A DNA stretch of 64,000 nucleotides, from the NCBI GenBank assembly GCA_965277895.1, contig CBDIDR010000001.1, positions 323,272 to 387,271 of the forward strand. The letters are read 5' to 3'. The first letter of the stretch is position 1. Each line of letters begins with the position of its first letter. The notes under the pieces were generated by a model. It was not told the origin of the DNA. It saw only the letters and a program-made list of their open reading frames with translations, and ran no database searches. Shown piece after piece: positions 40,901 to 48,177 of the stretch. This DNA is from Flavobacteriales bacterium. GTDB taxonomy: Bacteria > Bacteroidota > Bacteroidia > Flavobacteriales > UBA7312. A program made the translations under genes and the position numbers.

Positions 40901-41537
40901 CTCTTACCTTTGGACAAACAATGAAACAACCGAATTAATTCAAATTACTGACCCTGGTTCCTATTCAGTGCTTGTAACAGACTTTAACGGATGTGAAAGA
41001 GAAGAGTCTTTTACTATTGACCCAATTATTCCTATTCAAATAGACCTTTTGGTGCAAGAACCGTCTTGTGCGGACAATAACGACGCCAGTGTAGAGGCTT
41101 TAGTTTCTGGAGGGTATCTTCCTTATTCCTTTGAGTGGGATAATTTCTCCGAAAATTCAGTAAATGATAATATTCAATCAGGCTCTTATTTGCTAACGGT
41201 TACAGATGCAAATGGCTGTATCTCAGCAACAGAGGCTATTGTGCCAGAAGGGGAGGGTATATGTATAAATGCCTATTCTGCATTTTCACCAAATGGTGAC
41301 CAAAACAACGATTATTGGCACATAGACAATATTGAGCTGTACCCAGACGGATTAGTTGAAGTATTCAACAGGTGGGGCGATAGAGTTTACTCTACCAAAT
41401 CCTATATAAATGCCTGGGATGGTGCTTGGCAAGGAATGTATAATAACGAGCCTTTACCTTCTGCTACATATTACTATGTGATTACCCTAAACAATGGCGA
41501 AGAGCCTACAGTGGGAACAGTAACAATTGTTCGATAA
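37974..41537 (+). CDS. 1187-aa cell-surface adhesin: GEVED-like N-domain, ~10 SprB-type repeats, T9SS type B (gliding motility-associated) C-terminal domain
   Basis: Signal peptide and a GETEDY motif. Repeated C-x-G-x-x-DG...GG-x-x-x-Y-x-Y units, for example ISCNGFSDGEITIQAVGGAGGYTYSLDNG. The C-terminus YSAFSPNGDQNNDYWHIDNIELYPDGLVEVFNRWGDRVY...WDG...LPSATYYYVI is the type B sorting domain. Confidence 0.9.
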   Translation: MNKFLVFFACALFGHTLVFSQGASYYPDELVSRFYFGTLPFGADDIMSPPVGNYSNPCAVYSNYMIGNATIGDGNTAGFVYTMSVSRDSTYQFEIEGGSCDSVEVSGTRAARVYIDFNGNNDFSDAGELVFTSAQSSSMYPIFSGSVTIPSDAAEGEIIMRVVYARVDGVDGAGALWDFDFIDWSTWGYFHGETEDYSLVISAYIDSVEAINTTCSNTNDGQIIITPASLASPDIEYSINGLAGPWTTDVLYQNLTPGNYSVFARDPALAPSYAYEQFDVTINPASAITIDAQITSDYNGEVISCSGVSDGEASLVAIGGEGESFSYEYFSDTNPLSTPSSNTVLGLSADTYSFYAIDNLGCFSDTVQLALSDPSPIVIDNVEITTEISCTDVCDAVLTIINTGGTAPYNYEVDGVDYGNSNIANNICAGSPSISVTDANDCSLSLNTLVINPTPVDLTLTSLLDYSGYDVSCTDSTNGAVSFIASGGTPSYDFSIDGGLTFPYSAAEGDSVYGLPAGNYTLIARDTNLCLSSAEVINLQSPQPLFQDPVIVSSPISCNGFSDGEITIQAVGGAGGYTYSLDNGVTAQGSPVFTNLSASTINVYIEDVNGCSSQDNFTLNEPDALSLNSVTVVSDYNGSQLSCPLSSDATIEIQANGGTGAYSYSLPPNPVLINLPANNQVSGFSAGTQSFSLFDVNGCSSNTLNFEVIPPAELIVASITIDSVSCFGLADGEVTIEGAGGSGNYSYFVDAVYQSNNQVPLTVSGLAENNYGVSITDANGCISDITNVFVPQPATIVSNLSIVNLGCSGDVNGSALANPSGGSPNYTFLWSNGSTQNTATQLLAGNYSVIITDANGCQLNEDFEVTQPTITLNVTPLDCNIPNSGEIQAVLNNANPTSNFTVLWNDANAQTTLTAVSLAPGDYTVTMTDQFGCEISASESLVQPDSITAFVEYTNICEESPIASALVLTSGGQVPYSYLWTNNETTELIQITDPGSYSVLVTDFNGCEREESFTIDPIIPIQIDLLVQEPSCADNNDASVEALVSGGYLPYSFEWDNFSENSVNDNIQSGSYLLTVTDANGCISATEAIVPEGEGICINAYSAFSPNGDQNNDYWHIDNIELYPDGLVEVFNRWGDRVYSTKSYINAWDGAWQGMYNNEPLPSATYYYVITLNNGEEPTVGTVTIVR

Positions 41538-41546
41538 AAACTAGAT

Positions 41547-42461
41547 ATGAGACTACTACTAATTTTATTAATGATATCTACTACTGCTGTTCAATCACAG
41601 CAGTTGCCGATGTTTAGTCAATATATCTCTAATGATTTTATTCTTAACCCAGCAGTTGCGGGGTCTAAGCCGTATTTTCCCATCAAAATTAGCTCGAGGA
41701 CTCAATGGTCTTCTTTGGGCTCTATAGCCCCTCAAACAAACATATTAAGTTATCACATGCCGGTAGCTTTCGATGAAATTGGTGTAGGCGCAATTATCAT
41801 GCAAGACCAGACAGGTCCATACAGCCATTTATCAGTAAACCTTGCGTTTGCCTATCATTTACAACTAGATGATGATAATGACACTCGATTGTCATTAGGT
41901 TTAAGCGGTCAGCTGAGCCAACATAGCTTAAAAATGGATGAGCTTGAATTTAACAACCCAGATCCGGAGTTCCAAGGCGGAAAGTATTCTAAGATAGTGC
42001 CAGATGCTAATGTAGGGGCGTATTTGTATTCAGAAAATTACTTTTTATCTGTTGCCGCTCATCAATTGTTTGAATCTACTTTTAAGGAAGCAATATCTCC
42101 AATTTTTGGAGATAACGATAAGGTTAGACATTACTATGCCAATGCAGGATATGTCTTTAATGTGTATTCTGATTTACAGATAGAACCTTCTCTATTAGTT
42201 AAAGGCACGGAAGTCGGTCCTGTACAAGTTGATTTTAACACACGTTTTTTATTCAATAACTCATATTGGGCGGGCTTATCACTTAGAAGCTCACAAGCCT
42301 TAGTTGTCATAGCTGGAGTAAGAGCAGGCTCAATGAATATTTCCTATTCCTATGATTATGGAATTAGTTCAATAAGTTCTGTTGCTTCGGGGTCTCATGA
42401 AATCTGCCTAGGCTTTAATATAAATGACAAGCGAAAAAGACGCCATTCCTACTACTGGTAA
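41547..42461 (+). CDS. PorP/SprF family T9SS outer-membrane protein
   Basis: 304 aa. The N-terminal QQLPMFSQYISNDFILNPAVAG motif is characteristic of PorP/SprF. Lies immediately downstream of a type B CTD cargo gene. Confidence 0.9.
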   Translation: MRLLLILLMISTTAVQSQQLPMFSQYISNDFILNPAVAGSKPYFPIKISSRTQWSSLGSIAPQTNILSYHMPVAFDEIGVGAIIMQDQTGPYSHLSVNLAFAYHLQLDDDNDTRLSLGLSGQLSQHSLKMDELEFNNPDPEFQGGKYSKIVPDANVGAYLYSENYFLSVAAHQLFESTFKEAISPIFGDNDKVRHYYANAGYVFNVYSDLQIEPSLLVKGTEVGPVQVDFNTRFLFNNSYWAGLSLRSSQALVVIAGVRAGSMNISYSYDYGISSISSVASGSHEICLGFNINDKRKRRHSYYW

Positions 42462-42477
42462 AAACAACTTTATTAAT

Positions 42478-42485
42478 TACCTTTG
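42478..42485 (+). promoter_or_regulatory. Bacteroidota -7 promoter box (TACCTTTG)
   Basis: Exact TAnnTTTG match 19 nt upstream of the ATG at 42504. Confidence 0.4.
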
Positions 42486-42503
42486 AGACCTATTTAAACT
42501 TCA

Positions 42504-43559
42504 ATGAAAAAGGTCGACTTCTTAATTATTGGTCAGGGTCTTGCTGGCACGCTTTTAGCACACGACCTACTAGAGAAAGAATATTCTGTTACAATTATTG
42601 ATAAAAACCTTAGAGCTTCTTCTAGCCGAGTTGCTGCAGGTATAATCAATCCAGTAGGGATGAAACGCTGCATTCCTTCATTCAATGCCCATAATTTTTT
42701 ACCTAAAGCGATTGAACGTTATCAGGAATTAGAGAAAAAGCTTCATACGACCTTTTTACATCTTAAGCCTATCCTAAGGTTGTTTTCGAATGACGAGGTC
42801 AAACACCAATGGCAAGTAAAATACAGCAATACAGAGATGCAGGAGTATATTCAAGGCTTTAAGCAGGCCAATCATTCTTCATATTTGAAAGATGATTTTG
42901 GCTCTGCTAGTATAAGCCCCTCAGGACACCTTGATACTAATGTGTTTTTGGATTCCTCTCGAGCATACTTTAAAACAGTTTGTAATCTGCTAGAGGAGGA
43001 GTTTGATTTTTCTGCTTTTATGCCTGAAAATAACACCTATAAAGATATTGAAGCTAAAACCATTATTTTCTGTGAAGGCTTTAGGGTAATGCACAACCCT
43101 TTATTCAGTAAACTGCCGCTTACACCTACAAAGGGAGAGGTTTTGACTATACGCATACCAGAAGTTGACCATTTTGATAGTATAATAAGTAAGGGTGTGT
43201 ATATTCTTTCTTTAGGAAATCACCTTTATACGGTAGGAGCGACCTATAACCACACAGATTTCACAGATGAGCTTACTAGTGAAGGGCAAGATTTCTTAAG
43301 GGCTAAGGTGCAAGAGATATTAGAAGTAGATTTTGAGGTAGTTACTAGTGAAGCGGGAGTTCGTCCAACGGTAAAAGACCGTAGGTTTTTGATAGGGTTG
43401 CACCCAAAATACGACAGAATTGGTGTATTTAATGGTCTTGGCACTAGAGGAGTACTCCAAGGGCCATTATTATCATATGATTTTAGTGTCTTTTTGACAC
43501 AACCAAAAGAAGATGTTCAAAACGCTGAAAATCAAAGAGTTATAAGGTTTTTGTCTTAA
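42504..43559 (+). CDS. FAD-dependent oxidoreductase (DAO family)
   Basis: N-terminal dinucleotide fold VDFLIIGQGLAGTLLAHDL. 351 aa. Confidence 0.8.
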   Translation: MKKVDFLIIGQGLAGTLLAHDLLEKEYSVTIIDKNLRASSSRVAAGIINPVGMKRCIPSFNAHNFLPKAIERYQELEKKLHTTFLHLKPILRLFSNDEVKHQWQVKYSNTEMQEYIQGFKQANHSSYLKDDFGSASISPSGHLDTNVFLDSSRAYFKTVCNLLEEEFDFSAFMPENNTYKDIEAKTIIFCEGFRVMHNPLFSKLPLTPTKGEVLTIRIPEVDHFDSIISKGVYILSLGNHLYTVGATYNHTDFTDELTSEGQDFLRAKVQEILEVDFEVVTSEAGVRPTVKDRRFLIGLHPKYDRIGVFNGLGTRGVLQGPLLSYDFSVFLTQPKEDVQNAENQRVIRFLS

Positions 43560-43639
43560 TACACAGGTACCATATACCCTCTATTATCAACACTAGCGTG
43601 TTAAGAAGAACAAATTGATTTTTTTTGGTGGTTATAGAA

Positions 43640-43647
43640 TAAATTTG
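43640..43647 (+). promoter_or_regulatory. Bacteroidota -7 promoter box (TAAATTTG)
   Basis: Exact TAnnTTTG match 42 nt upstream of the porin ATG at 43689. Confidence 0.45.
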
Positions 43648-43688
43648 CATCTTGCGACCGTTATTAACCAATTTTAACTAAATTTATT

Positions 43689-44720
43689 ATGAAAAAGAAT
43701 TTGCATTTTGTTCTAGCTTTAACGTTAGGACTAGCAACAACAGTTTCTGCACAAGATTGGTCTGTTGACTCTAGAACAAGAGTTAATTCGACTGATGATG
43801 CTACGAGTACGGAGCAAAGAGTAAGAGCTGCTGTTGAATTCGGAGGAGAGGCAGTAAGCGTTTACGCTGAAATTAACTCTTCTGCTACTTTAGGTGCAGT
43901 TGCAAGTGAAACATTTACAAATTCATTACGTCAGGCTTACGCTACGACTAATCTAATGGATTTTGCTTCATTTACTGCTGGTCGTATGGCATTAAACTTT
44001 GGAAGTGGTCGTATTTTAGGAGACAACAACTGGGTACAAGGAAATGGTAACACATGGGACGGTTTCTTATTCGGAATCAACAACGATTTCGCTGATGTAC
44101 ACGTTGGATATGCTGCTACTGACATGACAGGTGCTTATGACGCTACTACTATGTACGCTAACATCGGTAAAGATATGGGAGCTATGGGCTTCAATCTTTT
44201 ATATGTTAACACTACTGAAGATTTATCAGGTTCAGAAAACACTTCAATGGGTCTAGATGCAACTTATGCAATGGACAACGGTGCTGAATTATCTTTAGGT
44301 TATTACACAAATGACAACAACGGTACAGAAATGGACCTTACTTCATTAGGTGTATCTTACGGTGTTAATGATGACTTAACTGTTCACGCTGGATACGATA
44401 TGTACGGTGAGAATGGTTTCTACATGGCATCAGGTAGTTTCGGTGACTTCTACGGTTCTGGTATGGAATATTCTACTATGACTTATGAAGGTACTGACGT
44501 GACTTTCGGTGGTTCTTATGCAATGGGTGACTTCATGATTGGAGCTACTATGCACACAATTACTTCTGAAGATGAGACTATCGATTATTCTGTAATGGAT
44601 CTTTCATTAGGATACTCTTTATCTGACAATTCAGGTTTATCTGTAAACTACGCTACATCTGATAGAGATGCTGCTAACGAGTTCACAAAAACTTGGATTT
44701 CTCTAAACGTTGGATTCTAA
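43689..44720 (+). CDS. outer-membrane beta-barrel porin-like protein
   Basis: Signal peptide (ATTVSA-QD). G/D/T/Y/N-rich sequence with alternating amphipathic strands, C-terminal ...SLNVGF and no Cys. Restricted codon choice (ggt, gct, act, tac) suggests high expression. Confidence 0.7.
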   Translation: MKKNLHFVLALTLGLATTVSAQDWSVDSRTRVNSTDDATSTEQRVRAAVEFGGEAVSVYAEINSSATLGAVASETFTNSLRQAYATTNLMDFASFTAGRMALNFGSGRILGDNNWVQGNGNTWDGFLFGINNDFADVHVGYAATDMTGAYDATTMYANIGKDMGAMGFNLLYVNTTEDLSGSENTSMGLDATYAMDNGAELSLGYYTNDNNGTEMDLTSLGVSYGVNDDLTVHAGYDMYGENGFYMASGSFGDFYGSGMEYSTMTYEGTDVTFGGSYAMGDFMIGATMHTITSEDETIDYSVMDLSLGYSLSDNSGLSVNYATSDRDAANEFTKTWISLNVGF

Positions 44721-44744
44721 TAAACTAGAATATAATATTTGGAA

Positions 44745-44774
44745 GGGCGGTGTTTTTCACCGCCCTTTTTTTTT
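44745..44774 (+). terminator. rho-independent terminator after the porin gene
   Basis: gggcggtg / caccgccc GC-rich stem, loop ttttt, then a T9 run. Confidence 0.8.
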
Positions 44775-44781
44775 AGTTTTG
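44774..44781 (+). promoter_or_regulatory. Bacteroidota -7 promoter box (TAGTTTTG) only 5 nt from the mce ATG
   Basis: Exact TAnnTTTG match. The spacing implies a leaderless or near-leaderless transcript. Confidence 0.35.
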
Positions 44782-44785
44782 TTTT

Positions 44786-45190
44786 ATGAAGAAAGTTGAA
44801 CATATAGGAATAGCAGTAAAAGACCTTTCTAATGCCAATGCCTTATTTGAGAAGCTATTCAATCAATCACATTACAAGGTTGAAGAAGTGGAATCGGAAG
44901 GCGTATCTACATCCTTTTTTAAAGTCGGAGACACCAAGATAGAACTGCTTCAAGCTCTTCAAGCAGATAGCCCCATTGCTAAGTTTATAGAAAAACGAGG
45001 AGAGGGCATTCACCACATAGCTTTTGAGGTTGATGATATTCAATCGGAAATGGAACGTTTACAAGCCGAAGGCTTTGAGCTTATTCATACAGAAGCCAAA
45101 GACGGTGCGGACAACAAGAAAATATGCTTTCTACATCCAAAAAGCACTAATGGAGTACTTATTGAGCTTTGTCAAGAAAAAAGGCCGTAA
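44786..45190 (+). CDS. mce: methylmalonyl-CoA epimerase (VOC/glyoxalase family)
   Basis: 134 aa. VEHIGIAVKDL...GEGIHHIAFEVDDI...GVLIELC pattern. Confidence 0.85.
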   Translation: MKKVEHIGIAVKDLSNANALFEKLFNQSHYKVEEVESEGVSTSFFKVGDTKIELLQALQADSPIAKFIEKRGEGIHHIAFEVDDIQSEMERLQAEGFELIHTEAKDGADNKKICFLHPKSTNGVLIELCQEKRP

Positions 45191-45782
45191 TCGGCTTATT
45201 TGAGCTCCACAGAACTGTTTTTATACCCACTTTGTCAGCTGACTCTACATGTTGGATAGAATCCTCTATAAATAGGGTTTCTTCAGCCTTAATGCCAGCA
45301 TCTTTTAGTAGCCATTCAAAAGTTTCAACATCTGGCTTTCGCCTTCCTATTTCATGAGACAAATAGGTTTTTTCGAAAAACTCATCTAATGCGGTGTATC
45401 CAAAGAGGTCTTGCAATTCACTATTAATCTTCTCTATATGAATGGTATTAGTATTGGATAGGAGGTAGAGCTTGTATTTATCTGAGAGATACTCCAGTAG
45501 GTTTAAATTTTCTTTAGTAAACCCTATGAGTAAAGCGTTCCATGCATCTACGATATCTTCTTCGCTAGAATGAGGAAGAATTTCAAGCATTTTAGAAATA
45601 AATTCTTTTGAACTAATTTTTCCTGTTTCAAGATTATCGAAAAGCTTATTTTGCCGTTGTTGACTATAATGCGTGTTGAAATCGTTAACACCTAGTTTTT
45701 CGAAAGCTACTTTGGTAAGATTATAATCGATGTGATAGAGAACACCGCCCAAATCAAATAATATGTTTTTAATGTCTTTCAT
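45159..45782 (-). CDS. HAD-IA family hydrolase
   Basis: Motif I ILFDLGGVL, motif II LLSNTN, and a C-terminal FIEDS acidic motif. Confidence 0.8.
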   Translation of the reverse strand: MKDIKNILFDLGGVLYHIDYNLTKVAFEKLGVNDFNTHYSQQRQNKLFDNLETGKISSKEFISKMLEILPHSSEEDIVDAWNALLIGFTKENLNLLEYLSDKYKLYLLSNTNTIHIEKINSELQDLFGYTALDEFFEKTYLSHEIGRRKPDVETFEWLLKDAGIKAEETLFIEDSIQHVESADKVGIKTVLWSSNKPITAFFLDKAQ

Positions 45783-45839
45783 TCTTTGTAAAGGGTTGCA
45801 AGATACTCAACAAAAGCGTAATATTGCAGTCTAAATTTT

Positions 45840-45916
45840 GGGCCTATAGCTCAGTTGGTTAGAGTAGCGGACTCATAATCCGTTGGTCCCTGGTTCGAGC
45901 CCAGGTGGGCCCACCA
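45840..45916 (+). tRNA. tRNA with CAT anticodon, probably tRNA-Ile2 (lysidine type) rather than elongator Met; CCA encoded
   Basis: Hand-folded cloverleaf. Acceptor GGGCCTA/TGGGCCC, anticodon stem GCGGA/TCCGT with loop CTCATAA, T arm CCTGG-TTCGAGC-CCAGG. C4-G69/C5-G68 and G27-U43 resemble E. coli ileX. It is not an initiator: no 1:72 mismatch and no GGG/CCC anticodon stem. Confidence 0.8.
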
Positions 45917-45959
45917 AAGCGGAATTCATCTCATTTTGAGATAGTTTTCCGCTTTTTTT
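45917..45959. terminator. two-tier hairpin plus T-run after the tRNA (bidirectional terminator candidate)
   Basis: aagcggaa (45917-24) pairs with ttccgctt (45947-54). An inner atctc/gagat stem lies in the loop, and a T-run follows. Confidence 0.5.
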
Positions 45960-46490
45960 AGTGCATGAGGCGCACCTCACCAAATTTCACTTGATTAACC
46001 TTTGTGCCATCGTATCTAGCTTTCCAAGAGTAAATACCAATTGGTGAAAGTTGGTTTTTGTAAGTGCCGTCCCAACCTTTATTGATATCATTGGAATAAA
46101 ATATGTTTTCTCCCCATCTGTTAAAAACCCAAAACTCAAAGTTTACGTGACAACTTAAGATTGGCATGAACACTTCGTTTAAATCGTCTTTATCCGGTGT
46201 GAACGCATTTGGAGCAAAAAATGGAATGCTTATTTCAGGTGTAATCTGTTTGTTGAAGGTCTTTTCACAACCAAGGCTGTTGACAGTAGTCAAGGCAATT
46301 GTGTAATCGCTTACTTCTGAATAGGTATAAGAGTTAACCGTATCTTCATTAATGGTAATTCCGTCACCAAAATCCCAACTTAAGGAATCGTAATCAGAAC
46401 GATTTTTACCTTATTGCATGGGGTATTAGCACTACTTCCGATCATTGTTCTTATTAGAATGTCATCTAATTTGAAGTCGCTAAAATAGAT
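45958..46490 (-). pseudogene. 5'-truncated, frameshifted remnant of a T9SS type B CTD adhesin (PKD-like domain plus gliding motility-associated C-terminal domain)
   Basis: Open frame 45958..46410 reads GKNRSDYDSLSWDFGDGITINEDT...FFAPNAFTPDKDDLNEVF...VFNRWGENIF...GWDGTYKNQ...GIYSW. It has no signal peptide and no N-terminus. An upstream fragment in another frame (IYFSDFKLDDILIRTMIGSSANTPCNK, 46411..46490) ends at a stop. Confidence 0.6.
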
Positions 46491-46528
46491 CTAGGTTTTT
46501 TTGTTTGAAAATATGTAAATTGCATAGT

Positions 46529-48160
46529 ATGAGTGATTTACTTATGCCTTATACACAAGTTCTGGGTTTGCGTAAAGCAAAGCACCTATTAAGAAGAGCT
46601 ACTTTTAACTATTCTAAATCTAATATTGATGCTATTGCAGCAATGTCAGCTTCTGATGCACTCTCCTTTTTATCCTCTGATGAGGAGTATATAATTTCAG
46701 AGCCTTTTGATTGGCAAAATGATGGGTATTGGACAAGCTCTAGCGAATTGCCAAATAGTTTTTCAACACAAGATAAAAAGCGAGCATATGTAGGTGCTTG
46801 GTGGTGGTACAATGCAATCAATCAGTTCAGCATAAAGCATAAATTATCATATTTTCTCTTTACATCATTTACAGTTTCTAATAATAGCGATGCGGGGGCA
46901 TCGACTTATTTTTTTGATTATCTAAGATTATTAGATTTTCATGCATTAGGTAATTTCAAAGCGCTTGCAAAAAAGATTACGCTAGATAACGCCATGCTTG
47001 AATACCTCAACAATACAGATAACCACGCCAACAATCCAAATGAAAATTATGCGCGTGAATTTCTCGAACTATTTACCATTTTGAAAGGGCCTCAAATTGG
47101 TGATGACAATTACACTAATTATACAGAACAAGATGTTCAACAGGCGGCTAAAGTTTTTACAGGTTTTAGGAAAAAAAATGACAGATCAATAATTGATGAA
47201 GAAACCAATTTACCAATAGGATATAATGACATAAGTAAACACGACACTACTAATAAGCTTTTCAGTGACGCTTTCAACAATACCGAAATTATAGGTCAGG
47301 ATACGGAGGAAGGTATGAATCAAGAATTAGATGACTTTGTTGATATGGTTTTTAATCAGGCGGAAACAGCAAGAGCATATTGTAGAAAACTGTATCGATT
47401 TTTCGTCAAAAGCGAATGGGGCGATGAGGTAGAATCAGAAATTATAGAGCCGCTATCACAACAACTCATTGCAGACAACTACACTATTTTACCAACGGTA
47501 AAAACTCTTTTATCTAGCAAGCACTTTTTTGACCAAGCAGACGATATAGATAATGATGAGATTGTTGGCGCTATAATTAAAAGTCCATTGCAACTGGTAA
47601 ATGAAGTTTTCACATTTTTTCAAATCTCTATTCCTGACCCAAACACGTCTGCAGAAGAATATTGGGGTAAATTTTTTAGAAAATTTTTACACAATTCCTT
47701 TTTTGGGTCTTCAGGTATGAACTTCTTTAATCCTGAAACGGTAGCTGGTTTTCCAGCTCACTATCAAGAGCCTGATTATGATAGGCATTGGTTTACTTCA
47801 AGTACAATCATAGCACGCTATAAATTAATTGAAAGCTTAATTACCGGTAAAAATAAAATATTTCCAAACGCAAATATTTTTACACAGATAGATGCTGTGG
47901 CATTTGTTTCTGAACATATTCAAAACCCTAGTAATATTAATGATTTAGTAACAGAGCTGTCAAATTATCTGTTTCCAGAATCTATTGAGCAGGAAAGGAT
48001 TCAATACTTTGTTGACATAGTGCTAGAAGATTACGAAGAGTATTATTGGACGGGAGCGTGGAATATGTATGTCAATGATGGCGATGACGTTATTGTTAGA
48101 ACGCGACTTAATTCACTAATAGCATCAATGGTTAACTCAGCTGAATTTCAGCTTATGTAG
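46529..48160 (+). CDS. DUF1800 domain protein
   Basis: About 540 aa. The N-terminal KHLLRRATF motif and pairing with a downstream DUF1501 gene are characteristic of DUF1800. The start is placed at the ATG at 46529. Confidence 0.7.
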   Translation: MSDLLMPYTQVLGLRKAKHLLRRATFNYSKSNIDAIAAMSASDALSFLSSDEEYIISEPFDWQNDGYWTSSSELPNSFSTQDKKRAYVGAWWWYNAINQFSIKHKLSYFLFTSFTVSNNSDAGASTYFFDYLRLLDFHALGNFKALAKKITLDNAMLEYLNNTDNHANNPNENYAREFLELFTILKGPQIGDDNYTNYTEQDVQQAAKVFTGFRKKNDRSIIDEETNLPIGYNDISKHDTTNKLFSDAFNNTEIIGQDTEEGMNQELDDFVDMVFNQAETARAYCRKLYRFFVKSEWGDEVESEIIEPLSQQLIADNYTILPTVKTLLSSKHFFDQADDIDNDEIVGAIIKSPLQLVNEVFTFFQISIPDPNTSAEEYWGKFFRKFLHNSFFGSSGMNFFNPETVAGFPAHYQEPDYDRHWFTSSTIIARYKLIESLITGKNKIFPNANIFTQIDAVAFVSEHIQNPSNINDLVTELSNYLFPESIEQERIQYFVDIVLEDYEEYYWTGAWNMYVNDGDDVIVRTRLNSLIASMVNSAEFQLM

Positions 48161-48177
48161 CGTTAAAGACTAAATTA

